Below are positions 1 to 12,236 of a DNA stretch of 64,000 nt, in pieces. A model generated the notes under the pieces. That model searched no databases, had not been told where the DNA came from, and was given only the letters and a program-made list of their open reading frames with translations. The DNA lies in the NCBI GenBank assembly GCA_024137785.1, contig JAHRHZ010000094.1:1476558-1540557 (forward strand), written 5' to 3'. The stretch's first letter is position 1, and each line of letters begins with the position of its first letter. Origin of the DNA: Ginglymostoma cirratum. Taxonomy: Eukaryota. The translations under genes were made by a program, and so were the position numbers.

Positions 1-495
1 GAGCAGTTTTGGGTCCTGTATCTAAGGAAGGATGTGCTGGCATTGGAAGGGACCCAGAGGAAGTTTGTAACAAGAATCACAGGGATGAAGAGCTTGTCCA
101 GTGAGGAATGATTGAGGAGCCTGGGTCTGTACTCGTTGGAAATTAGAATGATGAGAGGGGATCTCATTGAAACTTATGGAATACTGAGAAGCTTTGATAG
201 AGTGGATGTGGGGATGATGTTTCCACTGGTAAGAGATTCAAGGGCACAGCCTCAATGAAGGGATGACCCTTTAGAACTGAGCTGCAGGGAGGTTAATCTG
301 TGGAACTCATTGCCATGGAAAGCAGTGGGGGCCAAGTCATTGATTGTATTCAAGACAGTGATAGGTTCTTGATTAGTAAGGGAATCAAGGGTATGGGGAG
401 AAAGCAGGAGAATGGGGTTGAAAAACGTCAGGCATGGTTGAATGGCAGAGCAGATTGAATGGACTGGATGACCTAATTCAGCTCTTTTATCTTAT
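1..495 (+). mobile_element. CR1-clade LINE 3' fragment
   Basis: Decayed QFW.PYLRKDVLALE..QR.F motif and typical 3'UTR. Confidence 0.75.
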
Positions 496-938
496 GGTCT
501 TGCGGTTGGATATGATTGAAATATTGATATAGCGGTTAGCAAATTCAGACTGTTTTGCTGACCCACAGAAATGCTCATTTGGTTTGTGTTGCCAACTGGT
601 GGTATCATTTGCTTCAACCAAAATATAGTGTTCCTGTGCCTGAGTAGAACGAGCATTGCTCCAGTGGGCCATGCTGCCAGGTAATTTAAGTAGCTGTGTG
701 GCCTTCTAGTAACCTTCTGTTTAAACACAGTTTCAGTTGGATTAATGCCTAATTGCAGAATAATGATGGCATATTTTGTTACACTCTTAACAAGCAAGTT
801 ATTTAACCTATCCAACAAGACAATCTCTTTACTTAAATAATGAGTTAGTACTACTACTTGTAAGTTAAGAATTCTCCAAATAATTCAGGTGTTAATTCAG
901 GTTGCAATAGGGGATTGATATTTTTGTGTCTTTTTCAG

Positions 939-991
939 AAACCAGGCAAAGGAGTTGATGAACTGTTAAGGAACAGGGAACGGGAAAATCG
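939..991 (+). CDS. MATR3: MATR3-like exon ([18 protein letters not shown])
   Basis: tttttcag| acceptor, |gtacgc donor, 53 nt; phase 2 matches the next exon; resembles the short post-RRM2 matrin-3 exon. Confidence 0.75.
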
Positions 992-3900
992 GTACGCTAT
1001 CTACTCTGACGCTTAAGCCTGTTTTGTTAATCTGTGTCTCCAAATTTCAACTGTAACACATGCAGAATTAATTAAGCTTGTTTGAAGGATGACTAATCTG
1101 TAAATGACTAATCTGCAGTTGATAAACGTCTGATCATTTGGGTTTGAATTGTTTAGTAACATAAACATTTACTGTTTCAAATATCCATATCATACAAATG
1201 GGATTTTGGAGTACCAAGGTACTTGGTTGCAAAGATATTAGCAATTGGGTAGAGACCACTTGTTCGTAAAAATGTAACAACTGACAGCAATCTATGCCTC
1301 TACTCCTAATTACAGAGCATTTTTAGTTGAGGCTTGCGGGATTGGTGACAACATCATAGATGGATTATGTATGTGGAAATGAAAGAAAACAATAAAGATT
1401 GTAAATTAATGTTTCTACTCACTCACCCACGCGCCTGTTCTTCTCAGGCTAAGTTAATAGATTTCCTTCTAAAGGTGAAACATTACTGTCTGCTGGAATT
1501 ATAGGACAACAGTTTGCATGTGTTTGCATGTCATGTGATTTTCAGAGTTTCATAATTCCAAAACTTCCATAATAATGGATTAAGCAGTGATTTTGAATTC
1601 GGGGTAATTTCAGCCCTCTGGTTTTATTTTTTTTCGCTGCAGCTTTTTGACAGCAGGAAACGTAGATCCTGTGGACCAATGAGTTTAATTTCATATGTAG
1701 CTATTTTGCCTGTACCATATTTTTGTTTTGTGGGGAGTCTTAGCTCGGCTGGCTGGTTTGCAATGCAGGGTAACACCAACAGTGTAGGTTCAATCTCCAC
1801 ACTAGGATGGTGACCCTCAGGCTAAAACCACCAGTTCCCTTTCTGTAATGAGAGAGTCGCCCTATGGTCTGCTGGGACTATGGCAACTTTACCTTTACAT
1901 TATTATTAACTGAAAACATAGATCAGTGACCTTCTCAATCTCTGCCATTATTGCAGACCTGTAGGAAATCCATAAACAGCATTTCTCTGTCAGATTTCAT
2001 TTGCTCATCCCTGTTGACAAATACTTTACATCTGGTCTTTCAATGCCAGCTAAAATCACAAGCTTACAATCCACATAATCACTGATATAAACCAACCTTG
2101 AAACCCAGACATTTTTCTTTTAAAAGAAATACTATTTGTGGTACCTTTTGAAATACCTCATGTTAAAAATACCTATTTTGATTACAGAAAAAGGGGTCGT
2201 TCTCATAGCCCTACTTCTAAAAGACCACGATCACCCAGCAACAAGAGAAAGGCTCAAGATAAATCCAAGAATTCTAAGGAAACAGACAATGAAAATGCAC
2301 AAGTGGGCTCTCCTTCACTGGACAACGCAAGCCCCAAACAGTCAGAAGGAGAGAATGTTGCAAAAATTAAGCCACAGGGTGGCCCTTCTCCAGACACGAA
2401 GAACTACGAAGAAGGTGGCACGGAAGAATTACTGTTGACATATGATGAATTAGTGAAGGACAAATCTGCAACTGGTGACAGAGAGGATGTTTTGGAAGTG
2501 GAATTGGAACCGGATATAGAAGTTGGGCATTTCACTGAAAGTGAAATGAAAGATGAGTCTGATGCAGAACTGAGCTGTCGAGATGCAGCACACTCAGAGA
2601 AGGTAGGCGTTAAAAGTTCCCAAATTTGCAACTACATTCAAATATTCTAACAATTAAAATGTGTTAAAATGCATTATTTGGATTCCAGAAAGACAGGTTT
2701 AGGTAGTTTTGTTTCTCCCGACCAGTATTCATAATCTTTTACTTAGCTGGTATCAGTGCTTTGGAATTCTTGCATTTCAATCATTTTTCATTCTAGTTTC
2801 AAGCCGGTGTGTATTTTTAGTATGGTGAATGTAGTGTGTTAGTAATGGGTAGGTATGAATGCTGTGCAACTTTCATTATAGTACACAGCATGAAATAGAA
2901 GGTGTTTTTAAATACAGGAGTATCTGTCTTTTTTTCATAGAAGTGCAACTTTATCCTTTACAGCTGGAAAGTCTTGAGATTAGCAGCATGAGAGCCTGGG
3001 ATAATTTACTGCTCCTAAGATCCAGCACGGCAGCACTAAATTATGCTTTGAAGCACAGCCAGTGTTTTCCATGCAGCCTTCACATACATATTGAGTATCG
3101 CTATCCTCTGCTCTGGGGAGTGGAATATAAAGTAATTGTTTTCTTTTATTCACTCATGGGACATGGGTGTTGCTGGCTGGGCAAGCATTTGTTGCCCATC
3201 TCTAGTTGACCGTGAGAAGGTGATGGTGAGCTGCTGCCTTGAACTGCTGCATCCATGTGCTGTAGGTTTATCCACACTATGCTTAGGGAGGGAATTGCAG
3301 GATTTTGACACAGTCATATATTTCTAAGTCAGGCTGGCGAGTGGCTTAGAGGGGAACTTGCAGGTGGTGGTGTTCCCATGTCTCTGCTGCCCTTGTCCTT
3401 CAAGATGGAAGCAGTTGTGGCTTAGATGTGCTGTCTATGGATCTTTGGCAAATGCCTCCACTGAATCTTCTAGATTGTACGCACTGCTGCTACTGAGTGC
3501 CGATGGTGGAGTGACTGAATGTTTATAGATGCGTTGCCAATCAAGTGGGCTGCTTTGTCCTGGATGGTGTCAAGCTTCTTGAGTTTTTGGAGCTGCATTC
3601 ATCCAGGCAGTCCTGAAATATGCCTTGTGGATTGTGGACAGGCTTTAGTGGGGGAATAAGGTGAGTTACTCACTGCGGTATTCCTAGTTTTCGACCTGCC
3701 GTATGGCCACTTTATTTATATGGTGAGACCAGTTCATCCTGGTAACACCCAGGATTTTGATTGTAGAAAATTGTGATGATAACGCAATTGAATGTCAAGT
3801 AGCAGTGGTTATAATGTCTCTTATTTGAGATCGTCATTACCTGGCATTTATATGACCCGAGTGTTACTCGATGTAAGAGGCAGTCATTGCAGCATAATTG

Positions 3901-6900
3901 GAAATCTTGTCTACCCAATAGATTTCTTTCACCTTTTTCCTCTTGGATGTTGCTGTCGATGAGACCGTGGTCAGTTGCTCTGTAACTTCCATACTAATGT
4001 GGCGCAATTCTTCAATGTAGAGCATCTTCCATTTCCAAGAGGCTATCATTCTCTATTTCCTGAAATGTAACAACTCTAGGTGGGGCAGGTTTCATTTCCT
4101 ATCTGCTTCCAAGATTTTTTTCTGTCAATGCTGAAAAACTATGCATCGCCAGCCTTCTGAGAGTTCCTTGCTTTCAACACATATTTTAGGAGTCCTGATG
4201 AATTTTTGCAGTGAATTGACTATGTATTATATGATATGGTGTGCAGCTTTCAAGGGACAAAATCCAGAGCTACTGGACTGAGAATATATTATCCACTTGT
4301 TTATGTTCGACCACTGCAACATAGTTCTTTATCATCAACCACATGGGCGGCACGGTGGCTCTGTGGTTAGCACTGCTGCCTCACAGTGCCACGGACCCGG
4401 GTTCAATTTCACCCTCGGGCAACTGTCTGTGTGGAGTTTGCACATTCTCCCCGTGTCTGCGTGGGTTTCCTCCGGGTGCTCCGGTTTCCTCCCACAGTCC
4501 AAAAATATGCAAGTTAGGTGGATTGGCCATATTTAATTGCCCATAGTGTTCAGGGATGTGTAGATTGTGTGGGTTACAGGGGAATGGGTCTGGGTGGGAT
4601 GCTCTGAGGGTCGTTGTGGACTTGTTGGGCCAAAGGGCCTGTTTCCACACTGTCAGGATTCTACATCTTGTTGAAACAGGCAAATTCAACTAAGTAGGAG
4701 ACAGCCATTTGCTGGTCATTTCTCAATGCATTAGGGTCAACCTTCCTGGCTTAAGACTAAACGAAGCTTGTCATTTTACTCTCAATCAGCATTAATGGAT
4801 GCATTCTTCATGACACTGCCTCTACTAATTAGAGCCCCCTCGCCAACCAGTCAGTATTCATAAGTATGTATGTTGGTTTTCTACTTGAATTGGTATTCTT
4901 GCAGACTGTCTTGGTGAGTGCAAGACAAAAAGCTTTGACAAGATGTCTTTTCCCAACAGTACTAAAAGAATGTTTGTACATCTGGATCAGTTGAGCTGCA
5001 ATGTTTTGTAGAGCTAAACAAAAAACATGCAGGCCTCCAAGTTTCTGTGATCTACTTGAGAGTTGATGTAAAAATCTTTCTTTTGGCCACTAATCTAGTG
5101 CTGATTGGGTTTTGTAATTTGAGTTGTGAGCGTAAGTTGCTGACTTGCCTTTGGACCATTTCATTGATTCTTGATGTATACTTTAGCATTGTTTAGAAGA
5201 AACTCCAGTTTTGACCTAGATGTATGTCACTGCCAAGTTTGAATGACCTTTTATATGGTCTTCACCCTCTGCAGGAACATCCCTCTTTTGCCTCCCTCTT
5301 TTTTTACAGTTCTTGCCTCACTTTATCAATTTGATTTTTACTAATTTGCTCCCTTTCAGGGTGGCTGAAATTTACATCCAAAATAAAATGATATGCAATA
5401 AGAGTTTGCACACTTCCGTATTTACACAGCGCCCGTTCAGATCATCAAACTCAAAAAGGCTAGTGCCCCATTCTTTTGTTACCTTAGCCAAAAACAACAT
5501 TGGATCAGCCTAGAGATCTTTCAATGGATATTGTATATATTGTGAAGCTGTTCAGTCTTTTTGTGAATGGGTGGCATTTTTTTGTTTTTTTTTCTGTTTA
5601 GCGATCAGAAGGCATTCGGTGTCCAGAGTACATGGATGAGTTTTTTGCCCTGGATGAGATTGATGATCCAAATGGTCAGAAAATCAAATCTGTTCAAACA
5701 GACAAACTGCTTACTGATGACATCAAAGATGAACAAGATGCTGAAAACGAAAGTTATCTAAGAAATAATATGAATGAAGACACTGACATGGATGTAAAAA
5801 CAGGTGAAGAAGTGAAGGGAAACATTTCCACATTATGTGGAGAACCATCAAGTGAACAAATCCAGGCTCTCTCTCCTCTTCCAGATGAATACAAACTGGG
5901 GCCATATAAACCCAACAATCCTGTAGGTAAGGTTATTTTTGTTTTTTAAATAGTTCATGGGATGTCACTGTTAAGACCAGAATTTATTGGTCATCCTTAA
6001 AATCCTTAAATGTGGTGAGCCACCTTATTGAATGCAATTGATTGGTTAGCTAAGCTATTTCAGAAGGCAGTTTAAGAACATTGTTGAGTGTTCTGAAGTT
6101 ATCTATTGTCCATACCATTTAGGGTCAGCAGACTTGCTTCCCTAAATGAAGTTAATTGAATTATTGTACTAGATTTTTTTTTTGCAAGGCAAACCGATAG
6201 TCATGTATGGTGGTCATTACTGATAACTAGCTGTTTATTCCAGATTTTTAAATTGAATTAACTGACTTTAAATATTCTGTATTGAAATTTGGGCTCTTTT
6301 TGAAGTCACTAGTCCAATAACCTTAACGTTAAATAATCCCTTAATGTTTTCTTTCTCTCCAGGCAGCTAGATTTGTTAGTTGCCTTTCAGCGGAAGACCG
6401 AGGAGCCTAGGAGTTAGAACCATCTCTAAGATCTAACTTTTCCTGGAGAAATTGCTCAATATTATATGGTCACACTTCCAAGTAGGATTGGTAATAACTA
6501 ATAATCCCTGAATGATATCCCTTACCTAGCCCCAAGCCCCTTAAGGGCTAGTTGTAGCAGGTCCTCTCCCTGGCAGAGATTAGCTAATTCAACACTGACT
6601 GATAATCAAACCTGGAGCCTGTTTTGTATGGTGGAGAACTGCAGCAGCTTCAAATGTTGGTAACATGAAGCCAAGCAAAATGCAACTCTCCAAATACATT
6701 TTATTACACCTGGGTTACGATTGAATTCAAGTCCCCAAATTATAACAACCAGAATAGATTAGTCTGCGTCCCAAATATATCCAAAGATTGTTTCAGGCAG
6801 TTTAAAAGGGAAGCGCTGTTGTGTGATCTTGATTCCTTTAGAATTGTTTTGGATAGATTTTCTTTGTCTTTGTGCCAGCTGATGTCTTGACAATCCGGAT

Positions 6901-9900
6901 ACCTTAGTATGTTACATTGATGAAAATTCTGAGGACAATCCATATTGGCTTATTAGGGAAGTTAAGGATAGTATCAGGTGAAAAGAGGAAACTTTTATAA
7001 TGGTGCCAAGAATGGTAGTATTCCTGACCATTGGCAGGTGATTTAGGAACTATCAAAAGGCAGTTAAAGAATTGATACACAAGGGAGAACGGCTGAGAAT
7101 AAACTAACAATATAAAAACAATGCAAGAACTTCTGTATGTATATTAAAACGAGTGTCACTAAAGATAAAGTTGGTCAGAAACAGGAAAAGTTTTCATGGG
7201 GGATGAGGGAATAGGAAAGAAGTTGAGCATAGAGTATAGAGTTGGGCTATTTCTGAGCATCACAGACCAGAACTTGGAAAAGGTGGCCCACAGTGTCAGA
7301 TTTTCTTTGCAGTGTGATGGGTCTCCCTTGGAAATGATCTGGAATGAGTGCAGAGACAAGCTGAAACGAAGTCTGCCTTGTGCATTGCCATTGTGTTGAA
7401 GTTTATTTCATTTTAAAATAGTTTTAGATCTCACCCCTCAATCATCCTACCCAATAGCCCATCCTTCCTAGCCCTCACCTTCCAAACACACACCGTGTCC
7501 CAACCGTGTCACCTCATACTAACCTCTGCCAATCTCGTCCCAACTAATGCTATTGACTCTGCCCTTAAACCAACTCCCCCATATCTACTATGGTCAAACT
7601 TCAGTGCCTTTGCAGAGATGAGGACATTTTTATTGCAAGGAGAATGGAATATAAAAGTAAAAAGTTTTGATGCAGTTCTGTAGGATGTCAGTAAGGCCGT
7701 ATCTGGAGTACTGCGTACAGTTTTGGCCTCCTTATTTAAGAAATAATGTAACTGTGGTAAAAGCAGTTTGACTGAAAACCTGGGATGGCTGGATTCTCAT
7801 TTGTAAAACAAAAAATTAGTACAAAATAATTCTTCACCTGCCCATCATGTTATAGAAATAAACATTTAATTGAAGTACACAATCCTCATAAGAACAAGGA
7901 TTGAAATGAATTTATAATCTAACTTTAAAGAGTCTGTAACCACTTGGAGCTGTCAATCAAACTGAAATGGCAGGAATAGTACTGTGATAAAGGATGGTTG
8001 TGAAATAAGTCGTGTATCAGAATTCCTGTGATAGGGCCCCTGAAGTTATGTCAACAGACAGTGGGAAATAATAAGCAATGTTCTGCTTTAATACTTCAGA
8101 TTGGCAGGATTTTAAAAGGTCTTGACAGCCCCTTTTGACAGATCCTCTTGATATTTAATCTTGACTTTAACTTCCATGCATTTGCATTGACGGTCAGTGT
8201 GTTTGTGCAATTTAAAACATTTCATGCCTACTTTGATCATTCCAAAGAGCATCTGACCTCTCCCAAAGGGGGATCTTACCTCTCCAAAAAGATACCCTGG
8301 TTATCTGAGTAATTATACAAAATGTAGACCAGCTCTTAGATGGTCTGCTGTGCACACTTAACACTTCACACTCCTGAGTGATCAAAATCACATTATTTAA
8401 ATCATTAGCTGTTTCCATAACTAGCTGATTTTGTGAACTCTGCATGCATGAATCTCACCTTGATCCCATTCCACTCAAATGAAAATGGCAAATGCTTTGT
8501 TTTAGGGTGGGACTTAACAGTTTTTTAGACTCACCCGTTTGCTCCACAACCAAGAAGCTTTCCTGTAAAAATGTAGTCCTTTATGCTTGTCTTCACAGTA
8601 CACAAGTTGTACGTGCATACCACAAATTGAGAGTAACCAGACACTGATAAGAGTAACTGACATTTGACAGATGCCCAAACTGATAGCTTACATTTTAACA
8701 TTCTGAAAGAAGTAGATGCAGAGATAGTAGATCAGTGATGAGAAATTTCTTCAGATTACTGACAAAGTGATTTGGAAAGCCCCCATTTTAAATATGTGAT
8801 CCAGTCCTGTGAGCTAGTCCAAGGTATGGGGTTCCAAAAATAATGGTAACTACTTATAGTCTGAGAGAGCAGGAACTGACTGCAGAACTGTAATTAGAGC
8901 AATGGGAGTTGAGCATGGGAAAATCTCGGAGTAGCTGCTCCTTCAATCTAAATTTTGTCTTACTTGTGCAGTTGTTCTAGCTCCTCCAATCACAGGTTCT
9001 CATCCTCCTGTTCTTGCAGCTCCTCCAGTGACATGATCTGTGATTGGAGGAATGTTGATGACCATTGAATCATTTTGCAGAGTATCTGATCTTTCCTTTG
9101 CTTGCATCCATAGTAGGGGTTCTTAGAAAAACAGTAGATTGTGGCTGCCAATATACAACAATATGTTTGACGGCCTTAAGATTCTGTAGCAATAAAAGTG
9201 GTAGCGTAGAAAATTGTAACTTGGCAAGTTTTAAATAGAAAACCCGAGTTTATGCACAGAGATGTTGGCTGGATGGTTTCATGGTGACTTTAGAAAGGAA
9301 CATTAGGGTAGAGTCCTTTTCTCCAAGAGTGAAAATGAGTTCCAAGAAATATTATTGACAAAATACTGTCTAGATAATAATATTTGCCTTTAAATTAATT
9401 GTTCAAGATTCTCTACCAGTAGTCCCCAATGCCTGTGTCTTGAATGGTACCAGCGCTCATCAGAACCCAGACTCCCTGAGGGTAGTGCTACTGAGTAGAA
9501 ATGTTAGATTTAAGAGAAAAAAGCATTTTGCTCCGTTGTTGTGGTTGATTTCTGTACTCAAGTTGCAGACCAATGTATCTGGGACTCAGTGCAGTTTATT
9601 CGCAATAGATTCTTAATCAAACAGATTAAGTAACTGATATTAAGAAATCTACCTTAATATTTAGGTTGTTGTGCAGTGTATTCAAAAGGGTCGACTTGTC
9701 ACATCTAAGAACTGAAGCAGGACTTGTATGGGCATTCTAGTCTTTTAAGCAATTTCTTTATTGTTAAATTGCTACCAACCATTGAATAACCAACAAAGAG
9801 GTCAATAAAAGCTCTGTATTAATGGTAGTACATCCTAGTGTCAGGTATCAAAGTGGGTACTATTAGTAACTTTTTAAACTGCCAAACCTCATCACCTTTA

Positions 9901-11753
9901 TAACAATATCTGTATTTCTTGTAAGTTGAGGGACATTGGTCCCAATGACGCTGCACATTTGAAGTGGTATGGAGACTTCTGAAAGGTAGTGTACATAGTA
10001 TATAGTGTTCAAACTGCATTATCCTTGAACACTTCCTTCAAGTGTATATTCTGTACTAGTATGGTTAGTGTCTGTTGTGTTTACTTTGGTTCTATTGTAC
10101 TTGCACCAGAAGTATCATTTAGACTATAATACTGTCTGCCTTCTTTCAGGTTTAGATTATGTGGTTCCAAAAGCTGGCTACTACTGCAAACTTTGTCGTC
10201 TCTTCTACACAAGTGAGGAGACAGCAAAGCAGACTCACTGTGGCACCATTGAGCATTATGAGAGACTTAAGGTAAGCCTGATTGTTCAGGGAAGCAGGTT
10301 TTTCTTTCTTTCCATATACATGTTCGTTTTTTGAAGAAGTTTGTAAGTTGTATAATATAACCTAGGTAAGATCTGTGAGGTAGCACAAGGGTGGAACTAT
10401 GTATTTTCGGAGGAGGAAATTCAGTGCATTTAATTCACATTAAGATTAAAATATCTCAGACCATCTCTGTGGTCCTGCTAGTTGGAGGATTAGTTTGAAG
10501 AATGCAAAACCATTACTTTCCTGATTTGTTGTTTTTAGCATTTTTGGTGAGATGGGGTTTTAGAAGCTATTTTTTCTACTTGGGGATTGTTAAAATTACA
10601 CCCAAAAATAGTCAATCCAAACTTAATTGAGCTGGTTTATATTCTGTATGAATGTGGAAGAATGTGTCATCTTTTATCATATTCTTATCAAGCAATTAAA
10701 TTATGCCAAATTCTGTATACAGTATGTCTGATCTTGTTGCAATAGGGCATGGGCCATTATTTATACTTGAAATTCCATGTTTAGTTTTGAAAATGTTTCC
10801 TGAAAATTTGTTTGAAGTACAAGCTGTTAACTGTTCAGTGAGGGCAACAGGCTGTCTGGAGGCTTGATGAGCGAAACAGGCCAAATATACATATTTTCTT
10901 TAATCTTTGACATTAAAAAGGCATTGAAGAAATACAGAAGAAGGACTAGCGAAGTGAGTTAGACCTGGTAAATTCAACGTTAACGTAGGTGCATCAAGTG
11001 AGGGAAGCACCGATGCAAGAGAGACATATAAAAAAAGACAAAATTTTTTTGAAAAATTTTGAGAACTAGACACTTCAAATCTCCTAAAACAATTTGCAAT
11101 CTTATTTTTTGTGGAAATGAGGTTCACTAGCAACAATACATAATTATCCCATCATTAAAAGGTTTTTTGTGCTGTTAACTACTAGACTTATACTTCTGTT
11201 GCAAGTTTACTGGACAATGAACATAAAAATGCAAATCTCAATGAAAAACACGATGCTGTTTTTGTGAAGCTTAAAGCAGGGGAATGCCAATTGGCTATAA
11301 ACCTATGGCAGTTCACACTTTATGAATATCTCATCCTCAATCCCACTTTCTGGCCAATTTATGCATTAATGTGGGGATACTTTATTTATAAACCTCTTTC
11401 ATCGAAACCTGGTCCGTTCAATCACATTATGACTACAGTGATTTTGTGTAGGGCGATATGATGCCACCCTCAATTTATTGTGCTATAGACCAGGATTCAT
11501 GTATGGCTGTATAAATTTCATAATTATTTTCACTGTGAAACCTAGCATGAATACTTGTAATAAAAACAGAATTTGACTTCTTCATTCGCTGTTAATCACT
11601 CACCCTATGTGTCAATCAGGTAAGGTGAGGGTTTTCGGTATCTTTGACAGTGTTAGTTAACTCAATCTTTCTGCTATACTTTCAAAGAAAACACTGGCCA
11701 AGCAAGCTATGGAGTACTGGAGAGAAAAGCAACAGCAATTCGTTCTGGAGTGA
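939..11753 (+). CDS. MATR3: Matrin-3-family nuclear matrix/RNA-binding protein, 3' part (exons 939-991, 2188-2602, 5602-5926, 10150-10271, 11688-11753); 5' exons lie outside the window
   Basis: Five exons with AG/GT boundaries and compatible phases (0-2-0-1-0) splice into one frame. It ends [15 protein letters not shown]|[41 protein letters not shown]|[21 protein letters not shown], closely resembling the matrin-3 C-terminal zinc finger region as I recall it. Ortholog versus matr3-like paralog is not resolved. Confidence 0.85.
2188..2602 (+). CDS. MATR3: MATR3-like exon (basic RS/SP-rich segment then acidic region)
   Basis: ttttgattacag| and AAG|gtaggc; in frame with ORF 2138..2650 ([18 protein letters not shown]...). 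Confidence 0.85.
3150..3870 (-). mobile_element. Decayed CR1/L2-group LINE 3' fragment
   Basis: Reverse-complement similarity to the element at 23170-24315. Confidence 0.65.
4346..4663 (+). mobile_element. tRNA-derived V-SINE (shark HE1-like)
   Basis: A/B-box head ggcacggtgg..gtggttagcactgctgcctcacag..gggttcaatt, core gtgtggagtttgcacattctcccc; multiple copies in the window. Confidence 0.85.
5602..5926 (+). CDS. MATR3: MATR3-like exon (acidic region, [24 protein letters not shown])
   Basis: Long polypyrimidine tract +tag| and G|gtaagg; in frame with ORF 5632..5949. Confidence 0.88.
10150..10271 (+). CDS. MATR3: MATR3-like matrin-type C2H2 zinc finger exon
   Basis: ttctttcag| and AAG|gtaagc; YCKLCRLFY...HCGTIEHY motif. 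Confidence 0.93.
11688..11753 (+). CDS. MATR3: MATR3-like terminal coding exon
   Basis: Pyrimidine tract +caaag|, phase 0, [24 protein letters not shown]; followed by a long AT-rich, repeat-poor region. Confidence 0.7.
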   Translation, partial: KTLAKQAMEYWREKQQQFVLE

Positions 11754-12236
11754 CCGAACATAAGAACTGAGCAAAACATTGAGAAGCATAATTCCAGTAT
11801 TACCCAAAACATTGAACACAATCTGACAACCCAGATGGATATGAGCTTTTTGCAATTTTTAAACTGGAAAGATTTATATGAGTATCGTGCTGTAATGTTG
11901 AAAAACTTAGGGCTGTAAGAAAGTTTGAATTTTGAAACATTGATGATAGATTATAACTTTAATGTTCATGTTTCTTTTTGGTTTTGAAGCTTCATTAAGT
12001 GGAACTCCCAACTGCAGTAATCACTTTCTTCCAGCAGTGAAACACAGGCCTGTGCTTCAATCCAATTATCCTCCAGAGTTGATCTCAAACTCATTATCAT
12101 CTTCTCACAGTAAATTGCTTCTCAACACTTAACTATATTGATTATTTTTCATGCAACAGTGATAATGTTTTCAGTGCTAGCAGTATGAAGCTTCAAAACA
12201 TTTTTTTAAAAGTTTGATTTGTTAACACCTATTTAA

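Noticed and set aside
8736-8864. Possible C/D-box snoRNA (GTGATGA...CTGA) in a MATR3-like intron
   Set aside because: No terminal stem or recognisable rRNA-complementary guide; the boxes are short enough to occur by chance.
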